A stretch of 64,000 nucleotides of DNA from an uncultured archaeon (GTDB taxonomy: Archaea > Asgardarchaeota > Heimdallarchaeia > Heimdallarchaeales > Heimdallarchaeaceae): NCBI GenBank assembly GCA_964534625.1, contig CAZHRF010000001.1, positions 76,216 through 140,215 on the forward strand, in the 5' to 3' direction. Position numbers and translations under genes: made by a program. Under the pieces are notes generated by a model that saw only the letters and a program-made list of their open reading frames with translations, ran no database searches and was not told where the DNA came from. This document shows positions 20,414 to 30,320 of the stretch, piece after piece (position 1 is the first letter of the stretch; each line of letters starts with the position of its first letter).

Positions 20414-20713
20414 TTAATTTTCAATAACGTCTAGAATATCACTGTCTCCTGTTTCGATAATTGCTAGAGTAGAAATGAAATGTGGTCTTCCACACGCAGC
20501 ACCTAAATCTAATGAAGATCCTTGATATTTTAAGACGGGTATCTCAGCCAGTTTGGCATATCGTTTTATATCTTGTTCAATATCAATTGGGGCATTATTA
20601 GCAAGAATTACTAATTTTGCTTTTTTATTCACTAGTGCATTACTTGTTGTTTTTACACCAAATGTTGCTTCACCTGTATCTACAGCAATTCTTATGCTTC
20701 TATCAACATTCAT
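20414..20713 (-). CDS. rpl30e: 50S ribosomal protein L30e
   Basis: AKLVILANN, LDLGAACGRP and GDSDIL. Confidence 0.96.
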   Translation of the reverse strand: MNVDRSIRIAVDTGEATFGVKTTSNALVNKKAKLVILANNAPIDIEQDIKRYAKLAEIPVLKYQGSSLDLGAACGRPHFISTLAIIETGDSDILDVIEN

Positions 20714-20869
20714 CTGATTACACCGATAATCTTTATTGAAGCTCAAAAATCTAAAGAGTTATTAAATATTATTACTATTGTGTAATTCCATAACTTACAA
20801 TGAATATATATACTGAAAAGGAAAAAACTAAAAACCTTTATTTTAATAGAGTATATAGTACATAAAAAA

Positions 20870-21775
20870 GTGATTAAATTGGTTCATAAGTTCACAGTCG
20901 AGTTTCCTGAAGATATTTGGAGAGAAATAAAAGAAAAAAAAGGTCCAGGTTCTATTAAGGACTTTTTGATACGTTTAATTAGGAAAGAGTTCGAACTACA
21001 AAAAATAAAAACGTTTATTTTAGCGGGAGGTGAGGGGGCTAGGCTCAAACCATTAACAGAATCAATTCCAAAAGCTCTAATACCTGTGGGTTATAAGCCA
21101 TTATTAGAACATAATATTGAACTACTTGAAAAAAATGGTATAACTGATGTTATATTATTAATTGGAAAGTTGGGCAATAGAATAATGAAATATTTTGGAC
21201 AAAAATGGAATACTGTAGATATAAGTTATGTAAGTGAATCTACTCTGTTAGATACTGCGGGTGCAGTAGAAAATGCTAAAAACCTTATTTCAAACACGTT
21301 TATAGTAATGAATTCCGATATATTAACAAATGTTAAAATATCTGAGATAATTCAAAGCCATAAACAAAATAAAAATGAATGCATAGCAACTGTTTGCGGA
21401 ATCAATATTGACAATTATTCTCAAAAAATTGGAAACCTTGAAGATAAAACAATGTTTTCAAATTATGGTATTTTTGAAATTGAAGAATATGATGGCAATA
21501 GGAAACGCGTTGTTAACTTTGATGAAAAACTTTCGAAAAAACAAAAAGAAGGATATATTGATATGGGTATATATGTGTTTGAACCAGAAATATTGACGTA
21601 TTTAAAAGATTCAAAAGAGAAATCATTATCTCGTGATATTATACCTCTGTTAATAAAACAAGAAAAAGTGAATGCTTTCATCAGTCCTAATAATGTTTAC
21701 TGGATCGATGTAGCTAGGCCAGAACGATGGTCAAAAGCATGGGATGCTCTTTTTTCAGGTGCTATTGAGCCATAA
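20870..21775 (+). CDS. sugar-phosphate nucleotidyltransferase with N-terminal ribbon-helix-helix-like domain
   Basis: ILAGGEGARLKPLTESIPKAL and WIDVA; preceded by HKFTVEFPEDIWREIK...SIKDFLIRLIRKE. Confidence 0.85.
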   Translation: MIKLVHKFTVEFPEDIWREIKEKKGPGSIKDFLIRLIRKEFELQKIKTFILAGGEGARLKPLTESIPKALIPVGYKPLLEHNIELLEKNGITDVILLIGKLGNRIMKYFGQKWNTVDISYVSESTLLDTAGAVENAKNLISNTFIVMNSDILTNVKISEIIQSHKQNKNECIATVCGINIDNYSQKIGNLEDKTMFSNYGIFEIEEYDGNRKRVVNFDEKLSKKQKEGYIDMGIYVFEPEILTYLKDSKEKSLSRDIIPLLIKQEKVNAFISPNNVYWIDVARPERWSKAWDALFSGAIEP

Positions 21776-21830
21776 TCTTTCCCAATCGTCTTAACAAGGG
21801 ATTTCACGAAAAAAAATTATAGGTGAAAAT

Positions 21831-22934
21831 ATGTCTCATCATGTATCAACAATCAAACATGCGATTGAAAGAACAAAATATAAACAGAAAATAGCGAAAG
21901 AATATGATTTACCTGTGGAAAGTATATTAGATCTTAGTTGTGGAGATAATTTGTTCATCCCTCCAGATTTTATTAGACGTAGAATTATCAAAAAAATAAA
22001 ACTAATTGATCCAAGAGACAATTATCCGTTTGACTATTACTCCTTCGTAGATGAATTATCTAGATTTCTTGGATTGAATAAAGGTTGTATATATCCCGGT
22101 TTGAGTCATAACCAATTAATTTTTAGAATACTGTCCGTGTTTAAGAAACCATCTAATAAAATTATGCTTTTAATACCTGATAAAGACACATATTATTATA
22201 TTTCAATGAGCTTAGGCTATGATCTCATGTATTATCAGTTAGAACCTAACTACAAATTATCGCCAAATGAGATACTGTCTGAAGTGAAACGAAAAAAACC
22301 GGATATTATTCTTTTCTCTTCTCCTCATTTTCCAATTGGTAATCAATTTGAAGAAGAAGCCATATTAACTTTTTTAGATAGTATTGATATACCAGTGATA
22401 GTTGATGAAACATACGTAGAATATGGGACATATAGTTTAGTAAATCAAATAGATCGTTTTGACAATTTAATTGTTATCAGAACATTTTCAAAAGCATGGG
22501 GATTAGGTTCATTCTCTTGTGCTTATCTTGTTGCCTCATCTCCCATAGTAGAACGTATAAAAAACAGCTATGTAATTGAAGAAATTCCTCCAATAAATCT
22601 TTTAGTAACTAATTCATTATTGAGGAATCCATTCCAATTAATAGAATATATTAATGAATTCATAAATGAAAGGAAAAAAGTCATCAATTATTTAAGAGTA
22701 CTGTCTGGTATTAAAGTATATCCTAGCGATTCTAATTTTATTTCATTAGAAATTAATAAAAACATAACTAAATTTACTGATTATTTTTTGAGTAAAGGAA
22801 TTATAGTCAGAACAGTTAAAGATTCAATTTTGGGAAAAAACTTAGATAACACACTTTTTGTAACCTTAGGTAATAGTAAAATAAATGAAAGATTTACTAT
22901 CTCTTTAGTTGAAATATTGGAGGCATTAGCATAA
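21831..22934 (+). CDS. HisC/CobD-like class I/II PLP enzyme (divergent)
   Basis: DETYVEY, RTFSKAWGL (PLP Lys) and YPSDSNF. Confidence 0.85.
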   Translation: MSHHVSTIKHAIERTKYKQKIAKEYDLPVESILDLSCGDNLFIPPDFIRRRIIKKIKLIDPRDNYPFDYYSFVDELSRFLGLNKGCIYPGLSHNQLIFRILSVFKKPSNKIMLLIPDKDTYYYISMSLGYDLMYYQLEPNYKLSPNEILSEVKRKKPDIILFSSPHFPIGNQFEEEAILTFLDSIDIPVIVDETYVEYGTYSLVNQIDRFDNLIVIRTFSKAWGLGSFSCAYLVASSPIVERIKNSYVIEEIPPINLLVTNSLLRNPFQLIEYINEFINERKKVINYLRVLSGIKVYPSDSNFISLEINKNITKFTDYFLSKGIIVRTVKDSILGKNLDNTLFVTLGNSKINERFTISLVEILEALA

Positions 22935-22944
22935 ATTTGTGATT

Positions 22945-23445
22945 TTACTTCTTTTTGTAATACTTTCGTTTTACGGGGCTTCCGCATTCAATACAAACCT
23001 GAACCTTTCTATGATAAGTAGTAGAGCAAACACTACATTTCCAATAATACTGTCGTTTTGTTTGAATGTTAAATGACGTTCCCTCAACACATAAATTATT
23101 AATCTTGCAGACATTTTGAATTGCAAAATCATCTGATAGTATAATGAAATCATTATAATCGAGAGAAAGAGCAATTATTTGAAGGTCATAGTTTGATAAA
23201 GATGTAAAATCCCCTGTTTTTTTAGCCATTTTTTTTGCTTTTTTCAGGCTCTTTTTTGTTGGTTCGACCAGTTGTACGTGATTCTGTTCAATTAGAATTT
23301 CCAAGGTAAATTTGGCTTTTTTAGATTTAATCTCTTCATAAATGCTAGAAGGCACAATGAAATTTTTATTAGAAAAGTATTCTAAATTATTTGGTAAAAC
23401 ATGGATTAGTACGGTAGAATCAACAATATAGTGTTTTTTCATCAA
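22945..23445 (-). CDS. nob1: NOB1 endoribonuclease (PIN + Zn ribbon)
   Basis: VDST, TGD..SLS..DLQI, SDDFAIQNV and CSVC...CIECG. Confidence 0.92.
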   Translation of the reverse strand: MMKKHYIVDSTVLIHVLPNNLEYFSNKNFIVPSSIYEEIKSKKAKFTLEILIEQNHVQLVEPTKKSLKKAKKMAKKTGDFTSLSNYDLQIIALSLDYNDFIILSDDFAIQNVCKINNLCVEGTSFNIQTKRQYYWKCSVCSTTYHRKVQVCIECGSPVKRKYYKKK

Positions 23446-23562
23446 GGTATCACAACCATTACTGAAACAGCCTTTAGTTTTTAAAACTATTTCTAACTAA
23501 TATATTCGTTTTTGTCTATGACATTAGCGTTTGTTTCCATGTTGAGTAATTAAAATATAAAA

Positions 23563-24723
23563 TTAATCCTTTTTGAGTTTTGAAATAAAAAATCCTGCGG
23601 TTTTATGAACACCAGGGATAAATCTGAGAACAGGAAATGTAAAATCTGCTTTAATCGAACCCATGGAAGAATATGGGACTGAGGGTTCAACCACTTTTAG
23701 GTTAAGCTTATTTTGAGCAAACATTATTACTTCTTCATTTTCTTCTGGCGTAATAGAACAAGTGGAGTAGATAATGGTTCCATTTTCTTTCAATCTTTCA
23801 TTACATGCAGTTAATATTGCTTTTTGATAGTTTGCTATGTCTTGTATTTGTTTCTTATTCACATCGAAATGTAATCTCGGTCTAACACCTAAAGCACTAC
23901 AAGGAGGATCAACTAATATTTTATCAAATTTTGGTAAATCTTTTGTTATTTTAAGTATATCTCCAACAATACAACTAATATTTTGAAGCTTCAACTTTTT
24001 TATTTTTTCTTTCAACTTAGAGAGTCTATTTGAAGAACGATCAATGGCAATAATTTTTGATTGATTCTGGGTTATTTCACTTATATGTAGTGTTTTCCCT
24101 CCCGGTGCTGCACAAGCATCAAGAATCGTGTCACCTTTTTTTGGCTCTAAATTGAGACTAACGAGATAAGATGGAATACTCTGAAAGTATGCGGAGCTAT
24201 TTTTAATTTTTTTATCGTTTTTACTTGGGACTTGATAAGGTGATTTGATGTTTTTTACTGCAATACCGTGCTCTTTTGAAGATATTTCTACATGATTCAT
24301 TAAAGTAAATCCTTCAGCAACAAAAACCTTGTTCTGGCTTTGAATATTGACAATAGTTCCTTTACTGATTTTACTAATCCTTTTTATTCCTGGGACAAAA
24401 AGATCTGCCCCTTGATAAATCATTTCGGATGCAATATTATCTACTGTTATTGTTTTAATATTATTGTCTTTCTTAATTTTAAATGGACCTTTTGGCTTAA
24501 TTACAAGTAGATTGTTGAACTTTTCATTTATTCGATTCTTGAATCCTTGTTTCTCAAATTCTTTGGAAACATTATCTATTAAATCATAATCTGAATAAAA
24601 GTGCAATGTATAGTCGGTCATAGGAGTTATTATTGCATCAAAGTATATTGAAGCTAATTTTTCACCAAGTGCTGAATGGAGATACTTTTTTGCATTGTTT
24701 GTAATGTAAGGCTTAGTACTCAT
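23563..24723 (-). CDS. RsmB/NOP2/NSUN6-type RNA m5C methyltransferase with PUA domain
   Basis: GADLFVPG (PUA), LDACAAPGGKT, DPPCS and YSTCS..EENE. Confidence 0.95.
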   Translation of the reverse strand: MSTKPYITNNAKKYLHSALGEKLASIYFDAIITPMTDYTLHFYSDYDLIDNVSKEFEKQGFKNRINEKFNNLLVIKPKGPFKIKKDNNIKTITVDNIASEMIYQGADLFVPGIKRISKISKGTIVNIQSQNKVFVAEGFTLMNHVEISSKEHGIAVKNIKSPYQVPSKNDKKIKNSSAYFQSIPSYLVSLNLEPKKGDTILDACAAPGGKTLHISEITQNQSKIIAIDRSSNRLSKLKEKIKKLKLQNISCIVGDILKITKDLPKFDKILVDPPCSALGVRPRLHFDVNKKQIQDIANYQKAILTACNERLKENGTIIYSTCSITPEENEEVIMFAQNKLNLKVVEPSVPYSSMGSIKADFTFPVLRFIPGVHKTAGFFISKLKKD

Positions 24724-24790
24724 TATAATCTGTCTTGATTGATTTGTTTTTTCATGTCTTATTTGATAGTCGTGACAAATGATGAACTAA

Positions 24791-24872
24791 TGCGGGGAGA
24801 GAGAGTCGAACTCTCGAACCACTAAGGACTAGAACCTGAATCTAGCGCCTTTGACCACTCGGCAATCCCCGC
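24791..24872 (-). tRNA. tRNA-Leu(CAG), CCA not encoded
   Basis: GCGGGGA/TCCCCGC-A, CTAGA-TT CAG GT-TCTAG, long variable arm, GAGAG TTCGACT CTCTC. Confidence 0.95.
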
Positions 24873-24987
24873 TTGTTTAAACACCAATTGTTATACATTT
24901 TATATTTTTTTGCTTGATGTACATTCTACTGAAAATACAAGACATTTATTAAGAAAAAGTAAGATAATATATTAGAAGGAGAAAGTA

Positions 24988-26253
24988 ATGAGGTTAAGAG
25001 ATTATCTGAATTTTATTCAGAAAAAAGATTTACTCGTTGACATAGAAAAACCAGTTAAAAAAGAATATGAAATCAAAAAATATCTGTATAAATATAAAGA
25101 TAAAACGGTTTTCTTTTCCAATGTAGAACATTCAAAATATCCGTTGGTGGGAAATACTATATGTTCTAGAAGACAGCTTAGTTTAATATTAGGATCAAAT
25201 AATATCCATGATGGTTTTCAAAAGAAAACACAGAAATTTTACGCCAATCAAAAAACAAGTATCAATCATCTGTCGGAAGAAAAGATGGATTTATCTGAGC
25301 TTCCCATACCCAGGTTTTTCAAATCGGATGGAGGCTTTTATTTAACCTCTGGAATTGTTTTTGCTAAATTTCCTGAATCCGAAAGTACGAATGGAAGTAT
25401 TCATCGTATTATGATTAGATCAAATAATAAAGGAACCATAAGACTTGTTCCAAGGCACCTTTATAAAATTTTTAGAGAAAATAAAAATAAAAAAGAAGAC
25501 ACCCCAGTTGCTATAGTCGTTGGATATCATCCTCTTATTGCCTTAGCTTGTTCAAGCCCTCTCTCTTTTAATAAATCGGAAATAACTATCGCTAATTCAT
25601 TATTAGATGGGACTCTAAAAACAATGAAGTCTCCATATTATAATATTGAAATACCTTCTTCAGTAAATTTTGTTCTTGAAGGGAAAATATTAGCAAATGA
25701 AAAAGAAAAAGAAGGACCTTTTGTTGATATTACAGGTACGATAGATGAAATAAGAGAGCAACCTGTTTTACAGTTTGAAAGGCTATATGTTAATGATAGC
25801 AATGCAGTTTTTCAAACGGTTTTACCAGCTAATAACGAACATTATATTTTAATGGGTTTTCCTCGGGAAGTAAAAATATATGAGTATGTATCCCAAATTG
25901 TACCCGAAGTTCACGATGTTTTGTTGTCTAATGGTGGATGTGGATGGCTTCATGCTATAGTATCCATAACACCATTAAAAATAGGCGATGCGAAAAATGT
26001 TGCAATGGCTGCATTTGCTGCACATTCGTCCTTAAAATGGTGTACGGTCGTAAATAAAGACATTAATATTCATAATCCAGAAGAAGTAGAATGGGCAAAA
26101 ATTACCCGAATGGGTAAGGGGGATATTGTTGTAATTAATAAAGTAAGGGGTTCATCTTTAGATCCCACAAAAAATGAAGATGGTACTTCTATTAAAGTAA
26201 TATTTGATGCTACAATAAAAACGAAAAATGAGTTACATAAAAAAATTGCATAG
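24988..26253 (+). CDS. UbiD-family prFMN decarboxylase (candidate anhydromevalonate-phosphate decarboxylase)
   Basis: DGGFYLTSG, RLVPRHL, EGPFVDITG and GSSLDP. Confidence 0.9.
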   Translation: MRLRDYLNFIQKKDLLVDIEKPVKKEYEIKKYLYKYKDKTVFFSNVEHSKYPLVGNTICSRRQLSLILGSNNIHDGFQKKTQKFYANQKTSINHLSEEKMDLSELPIPRFFKSDGGFYLTSGIVFAKFPESESTNGSIHRIMIRSNNKGTIRLVPRHLYKIFRENKNKKEDTPVAIVVGYHPLIALACSSPLSFNKSEITIANSLLDGTLKTMKSPYYNIEIPSSVNFVLEGKILANEKEKEGPFVDITGTIDEIREQPVLQFERLYVNDSNAVFQTVLPANNEHYILMGFPREVKIYEYVSQIVPEVHDVLLSNGGCGWLHAIVSITPLKIGDAKNVAMAAFAAHSSLKWCTVVNKDINIHNPEEVEWAKITRMGKGDIVVINKVRGSSLDPTKNEDGTSIKVIFDATIKTKNELHKKIA

Positions 26254-26266
26254 TTGGCTGTGTTTT

Positions 26267-26590
26267 TTACATAATTTCATCTTGAATTTTTTTCCAAATA
26301 CTGTTAAGCATTTTCTCTTCAGTTATGTTAAGCGATATTAAGACCATTTTACCTGTTACTTTTGCAATTTTTTCACCAATCATACGTAAAAAGTAATCAA
26401 ATTTTGATCCAACAAGAAAGACAGTAGACGGAGGGATAGTGTCCGAGCCGGGAACGGAAAGACTTGTAGTTCCCATCTTAGGCGTATCTATGTAGATATA
26501 CAACGATATACCGTTAGTGAATTCCAAATAAGTAATTTCTAAATCGTGTTCCTCAATTTTGAGAATTTTAATGTGTGATTGATCAGGCAT
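26267..26590 (-). CDS. proteasome assembly chaperone PAC4/PSMG4-like protein
   Basis: IGEKIAKVTGKMVLISLNI resembles PSMG4 LAQRLARKTNKQVFVSYNL (recalled from memory); similar length. Confidence 0.7.
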   Translation of the reverse strand: MPDQSHIKILKIEEHDLEITYLEFTNGISLYIYIDTPKMGTTSLSVPGSDTIPPSTVFLVGSKFDYFLRMIGEKIAKVTGKMVLISLNITEEKMLNSIWKKIQDEIM

Positions 26591-26736
26591 GAAACCACAT
26601 TCTTCTTTCACTTTTAAACATTTTTAGTTCATCTATGCACATTTTGTAATTTTTTATTTTTCTGTCAGGAAAAAAGGAGTACAAAAATACAAAAATCAAT
26701 CAAACTTGTTTTGTATTAATAATACAACCAAATTTT

Positions 26737-27681
26737 TCATGAGTCGAAATCTTCGTCTAGTGAAAAGTTTTCATAAAACTTTCTAAGACGGTTTTTTGTT
26801 TCCATATCTTCAATTTGTTGCAACTCAAAAGCTAATAGTAAATTTGAAGCTAATATATTTACTGTAACGGGTCCACTTCCACCAGGAACAGGAGAAATAT
26901 AACTCGCCTTTTGTTTTACGTTATCAAAATCAACATCACCTGTTAGCTTCCCCTCTTTCATTGACACTCCAACATCGACAACAACAACTTGTTCTTTTAC
27001 CATATCTTCTTTAATTATATGAGGAATCCCTGTTGCACTAACCAAAATATCTGCTTTTTTTGTATATTTTTCTAATGGTCTAGATTTTGAGTGACAAATG
27101 GTTACAGTAGCGTTTTCTTTTAAAAAGAGGAATGAAAGGGGTTTACCAACAATAATACTACGCCCAACTATAACAACATGTTTACCTACTAGGGGTATAT
27201 TATAATATTTAAGCAAAGCAACAACACCTAATGCTGTTGGAGGAACAAGTCCTGGATGATGTTCAACCCAAGAGTAAATGTTATGAGGGGAAAGACCTTC
27301 AACATCTTTCTCTGGGGCAATTTTTCTAATTATTTTCTTTGCATGCATATGATTTGGTAATGGTAATTGAACCAAAATACCATCTATTGCGGCTTGATTG
27401 TTGTGTTCGATAATAGTGTCGATAATTTCTTTTTCTGTAGTATCCTCTGAAAAATGTTCAACTTTAGAATTTATACAAAGATTAGAAAATACTCTCTCTT
27501 TCATTTTTAGGTAAGAAAGAGATCCTGGGTCATCGCCAACTAAAATAGTTAATAGAGAAGGTAACCGATCATAATCTTGCCTGAATACTTTGCACCGTGT
27601 CTTGAGTATTTTCTCGCTATAATTTGTCGAGAATTCTCTACCATCCATAATTATGGGATATTCGTGATTTTTTTCTTGCAT
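26737..27681 (-). CDS. folD: methylene-THF dehydrogenase/cyclohydrolase
   Basis: GILVQLPLP, KDVEG, GRSIIVGKP and SPVPGGSGPVT. Confidence 0.97.
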   Translation of the reverse strand: MQEKNHEYPIIMDGREFSTNYSEKILKTRCKVFRQDYDRLPSLLTILVGDDPGSLSYLKMKERVFSNLCINSKVEHFSEDTTEKEIIDTIIEHNNQAAIDGILVQLPLPNHMHAKKIIRKIAPEKDVEGLSPHNIYSWVEHHPGLVPPTALGVVALLKYYNIPLVGKHVVIVGRSIIVGKPLSFLFLKENATVTICHSKSRPLEKYTKKADILVSATGIPHIIKEDMVKEQVVVVDVGVSMKEGKLTGDVDFDNVKQKASYISPVPGGSGPVTVNILASNLLLAFELQQIEDMETKNRLRKFYENFSLDEDFDS

Positions 27682-27785
27682 GATATTGAATCAAATGTAT
27701 ATAATATAAATATTAACTTAGTCGCTTAAATTAAAAATCTATAAACGTGAAATCAACTTAAAAAATAAGATAGTTTTAATTCGTA

Positions 27786-28385
27786 TTAATCTAACCCAAC
27801 TTCAATGCGCCTTTTTTCTACGCTTTTTATTAGTTCTTTGGCAAAAGTAACAAAAGCTTCTTCAACTTTTTCTCCTGTTTTTGCAGAAGTCATGAAGAAA
27901 GAATCTTTTGATAATCCAATTTTGTCAACTATTTCGTATATTTCCTCCTCTGTAACTGCTATTTGTTCTTTCAAATCACTTTTGTTACCAACTAAGAAAT
28001 ATAACACATCCTCTTCGACTCCCCCTAACCCTCTCTTCCATTCTTTAATTGCTTCTAAGGTATCCTCTCTTGTTAGATCAAAGACCAAAAAGCATCCTTT
28101 AGCCCCCCGATAAAACTTTTCTCTAACTCCACTAAAACGTTGTTGACCTCCAATATCGCTAATAAGAAATAGTACTTCATCTTCGTCTATAAATAATTGT
28201 TTACTAAGAATATCGACACCAATAGTTATCATATAGCTGCTCTCAAAACGATTATGAACATAACGAGAGATCAGGGAACTTTTCCCTACACCTGGTGATC
28301 CCAGAACAATAATTTTGAAGATATATTTCCTTCCCTCTTTTTCTCTTCGTTCTTCTTTGATTTTACGAATATCATCCTTATTCAT
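27786..28385 (-). CDS. Rab-like small GTPase (eukaryotic signature protein)
   Basis: G1 GSPGVGKS, G2 TIGVD, G3 DIGGQ, G4 NKSD, G5 SAK; RabF-like YRGA/LVFD; no C-terminal Cys. Confidence 0.95.
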   Translation of the reverse strand: MNKDDIRKIKEERREKEGRKYIFKIIVLGSPGVGKSSLISRYVHNRFESSYMITIGVDILSKQLFIDEDEVLFLISDIGGQQRFSGVREKFYRGAKGCFLVFDLTREDTLEAIKEWKRGLGGVEEDVLYFLVGNKSDLKEQIAVTEEEIYEIVDKIGLSKDSFFMTSAKTGEKVEEAFVTFAKELIKSVEKRRIEVGLD

Positions 28386-28425
28386 TGGATTTTCCCCTTT
28401 CAACCTTGATAGTAATTACTTGGAT

Positions 28426-28845
28426 TTAATTCTTTCTATTGTATTTTATATTGAAATTGGAAAGAATATTTTGAGCATCATCATTTTGTAGTTTTCCTTG
28501 AGGGGGAAATTTTAAAATTGCATCATTTGGGTGTCGCGGGATTATATGAAAGTGTACATGAAAAATCTCTTGACCTGCTGCTTTTCCATTGCTTTGTAGA
28601 ATGTTATATGCTGGTGCGTCCACAGCTTCTTTTATACTAGAAGCAATTGAAGGTAATTTTTGTAGAAATATTATTTCCTCTTCTGGTATTTCGCTTAAGT
28701 CAGTGAAATGCTTCTTTGGAATATAAAGGGAATGTCCTTTTGATACAGGATTTATGTCTAAAAAAACCTTGATTTTTTCGTCTTCATACAACGTATAGCT
28801 AGGTATCTCACCTGTTATTATTTTACAGAAAATACAGTTATTCAT
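28426..28845 (-). CDS. hit: HIT-family nucleotide hydrolase
   Basis: CIFCKI and HVHFHIIPR. Confidence 0.96.
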   Translation of the reverse strand: MNNCIFCKIITGEIPSYTLYEDEKIKVFLDINPVSKGHSLYIPKKHFTDLSEIPEEEIIFLQKLPSIASSIKEAVDAPAYNILQSNGKAAGQEIFHVHFHIIPRHPNDAILKFPPQGKLQNDDAQNILSNFNIKYNRKN

Positions 28846-28876
28846 AATGAAATTATATCTTCCAAATAAAAAAATC

Positions 28877-29317
28877 TTACTCTTCTTCTTTAGACTTAAT
28901 ATAATATGTCCTAAATTCTTGAAATATCTGTTTATAGTTCTTATGATTCATAAATTCAACTAATTTGATTATTACATTAATAGTTTTTTTGCTAATAATA
29001 TGTTCGATTTTACATGCATCCTCGGTTGCCAAATCTTCATCTAAACCAAGTTTAATGAAAAATTGTTTGATTGTATTATGTTTCATTTCTAAATCCTTAG
29101 CAATTTTTAAACCATCATTTGTTAAATATACGCCCTTATACTTCTCGTATTCAATCAATCTCTCATCCGCGAGTTTTTGCATCATTTCAGTTACAGAAGC
29201 AAGACTACTCAATCCTAGGGCTTCTTTTATGTCGCTTACTTTTACTATATTTTCTTCGCTTGTACTGGTGATTTCATATATTGTTTCAAGGTATTCTTCT
29301 ATTCTTACTGTACTCAT
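28877..29317 (-). CDS. DtxR/MntR metal-dependent regulator
   Basis: EEYLETIY, SVTEMMQKL and DACKIEH. Confidence 0.93.
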   Translation of the reverse strand: MSTVRIEEYLETIYEITSTSEENIVKVSDIKEALGLSSLASVTEMMQKLADERLIEYEKYKGVYLTNDGLKIAKDLEMKHNTIKQFFIKLGLDEDLATEDACKIEHIISKKTINVIIKLVEFMNHKNYKQIFQEFRTYYIKSKEEE

Positions 29318-29435
29318 GTTGTTACCTCTATACTAAAGATACATCTACTATATTACAATAAACATCAAAACCTTTATGTTTTTTGTTATAGAGTTAAAAG
29401 TACGTCCTATTATTCCTTTATATTGCAAAAAAATA

Positions 29436-30311
29436 TTATTGCTTGTTCTGTTTAGCAAGAATTAACTCGAATACTCTCTTACTTGGATATTTAATATTAA
29501 TAAGTTTGAGCTGCTCCACATCTTCAGAAAGTTCTGAAGTGAAATTAACGATTGAATAGGAGTCCTTTGTCTCTGGTATGAATTCAACCTTTGTTATTTG
29601 ATCCCAATCTAATTCCCTTTTAACATTTCCCAGACGATTTTTGACTATAACCCCTTGTGGTCCGATTTTAAAAATCGTTTTTTCCTTTAATAGAGATTGA
29701 ATGACTTTAAATAATAAATACAATGTGGTCACTATGAGTTGGACATAACCTATTGTTGAGGCAATTAATGCTAAGGTAAAGAATGAGTGCTCTCTAAAAA
29801 CTGATAAAACTAGAAACATATAAGTAATGATACTTGGATAAGTAGAAAAACTAATAATTATGAATTTAAAGAATCCTTTTTCTTTAAATATTAAATTTGA
29901 ACTTTTTTGCTTAATACTGGTTCTTAGATTCCATTTGAAATCCGAAAGGTAAGACACTGTTTCCATTTTAATTATTGACCCTACGACTATAGTTGTGGAT
30001 AAGACACTATGATAAAAAGAAAACTGTAAATATAAGTCCTTTATAATGCTGTTTGTCGATAGAATGAAAATTGGTGTGAGTAATATATAACCAATCATAA
30101 AAACACCAAGAATAAAAAGAGCGTCCCATTGGTATGAAAAAATCACTATGACAAGCGAAAATATAAACAGACTAATTATCAATCCCAAGTAAATATATTC
30201 TACTGGTAATTGAGCAAAAACACGAAACATTGTTATTAAGAAAGTTGCAAAGATAGTAGCAAATATGATTGCTAAAATATTCTTCCTAACTCGATTTGAC
30301 AAATTAACCAT
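29436..30311 (-). CDS. multi-pass membrane protein with soluble PH-like C-terminus
   Basis: About 6 hydrophobic segments; C-terminal IGPQGVIV...LDWDQITKV resembles bacterial PH domains. Confidence 0.55.
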   Translation of the reverse strand: MVNLSNRVRKNILAIIFATIFATFLITMFRVFAQLPVEYIYLGLIISLFIFSLVIVIFSYQWDALFILGVFMIGYILLTPIFILSTNSIIKDLYLQFSFYHSVLSTTIVVGSIIKMETVSYLSDFKWNLRTSIKQKSSNLIFKEKGFFKFIIISFSTYPSIITYMFLVLSVFREHSFFTLALIASTIGYVQLIVTTLYLLFKVIQSLLKEKTIFKIGPQGVIVKNRLGNVKRELDWDQITKVEFIPETKDSYSIVNFTSELSEDVEQLKLINIKYPSKRVFELILAKQNKQ

Positions 30312-30320
30312 AAAAATCCT

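Noticed and set aside
29318-29345. DtxR-type operator upstream of the MntR-like gene
   Set aside because: Only one convincing half-site; too weak in AT-rich DNA.
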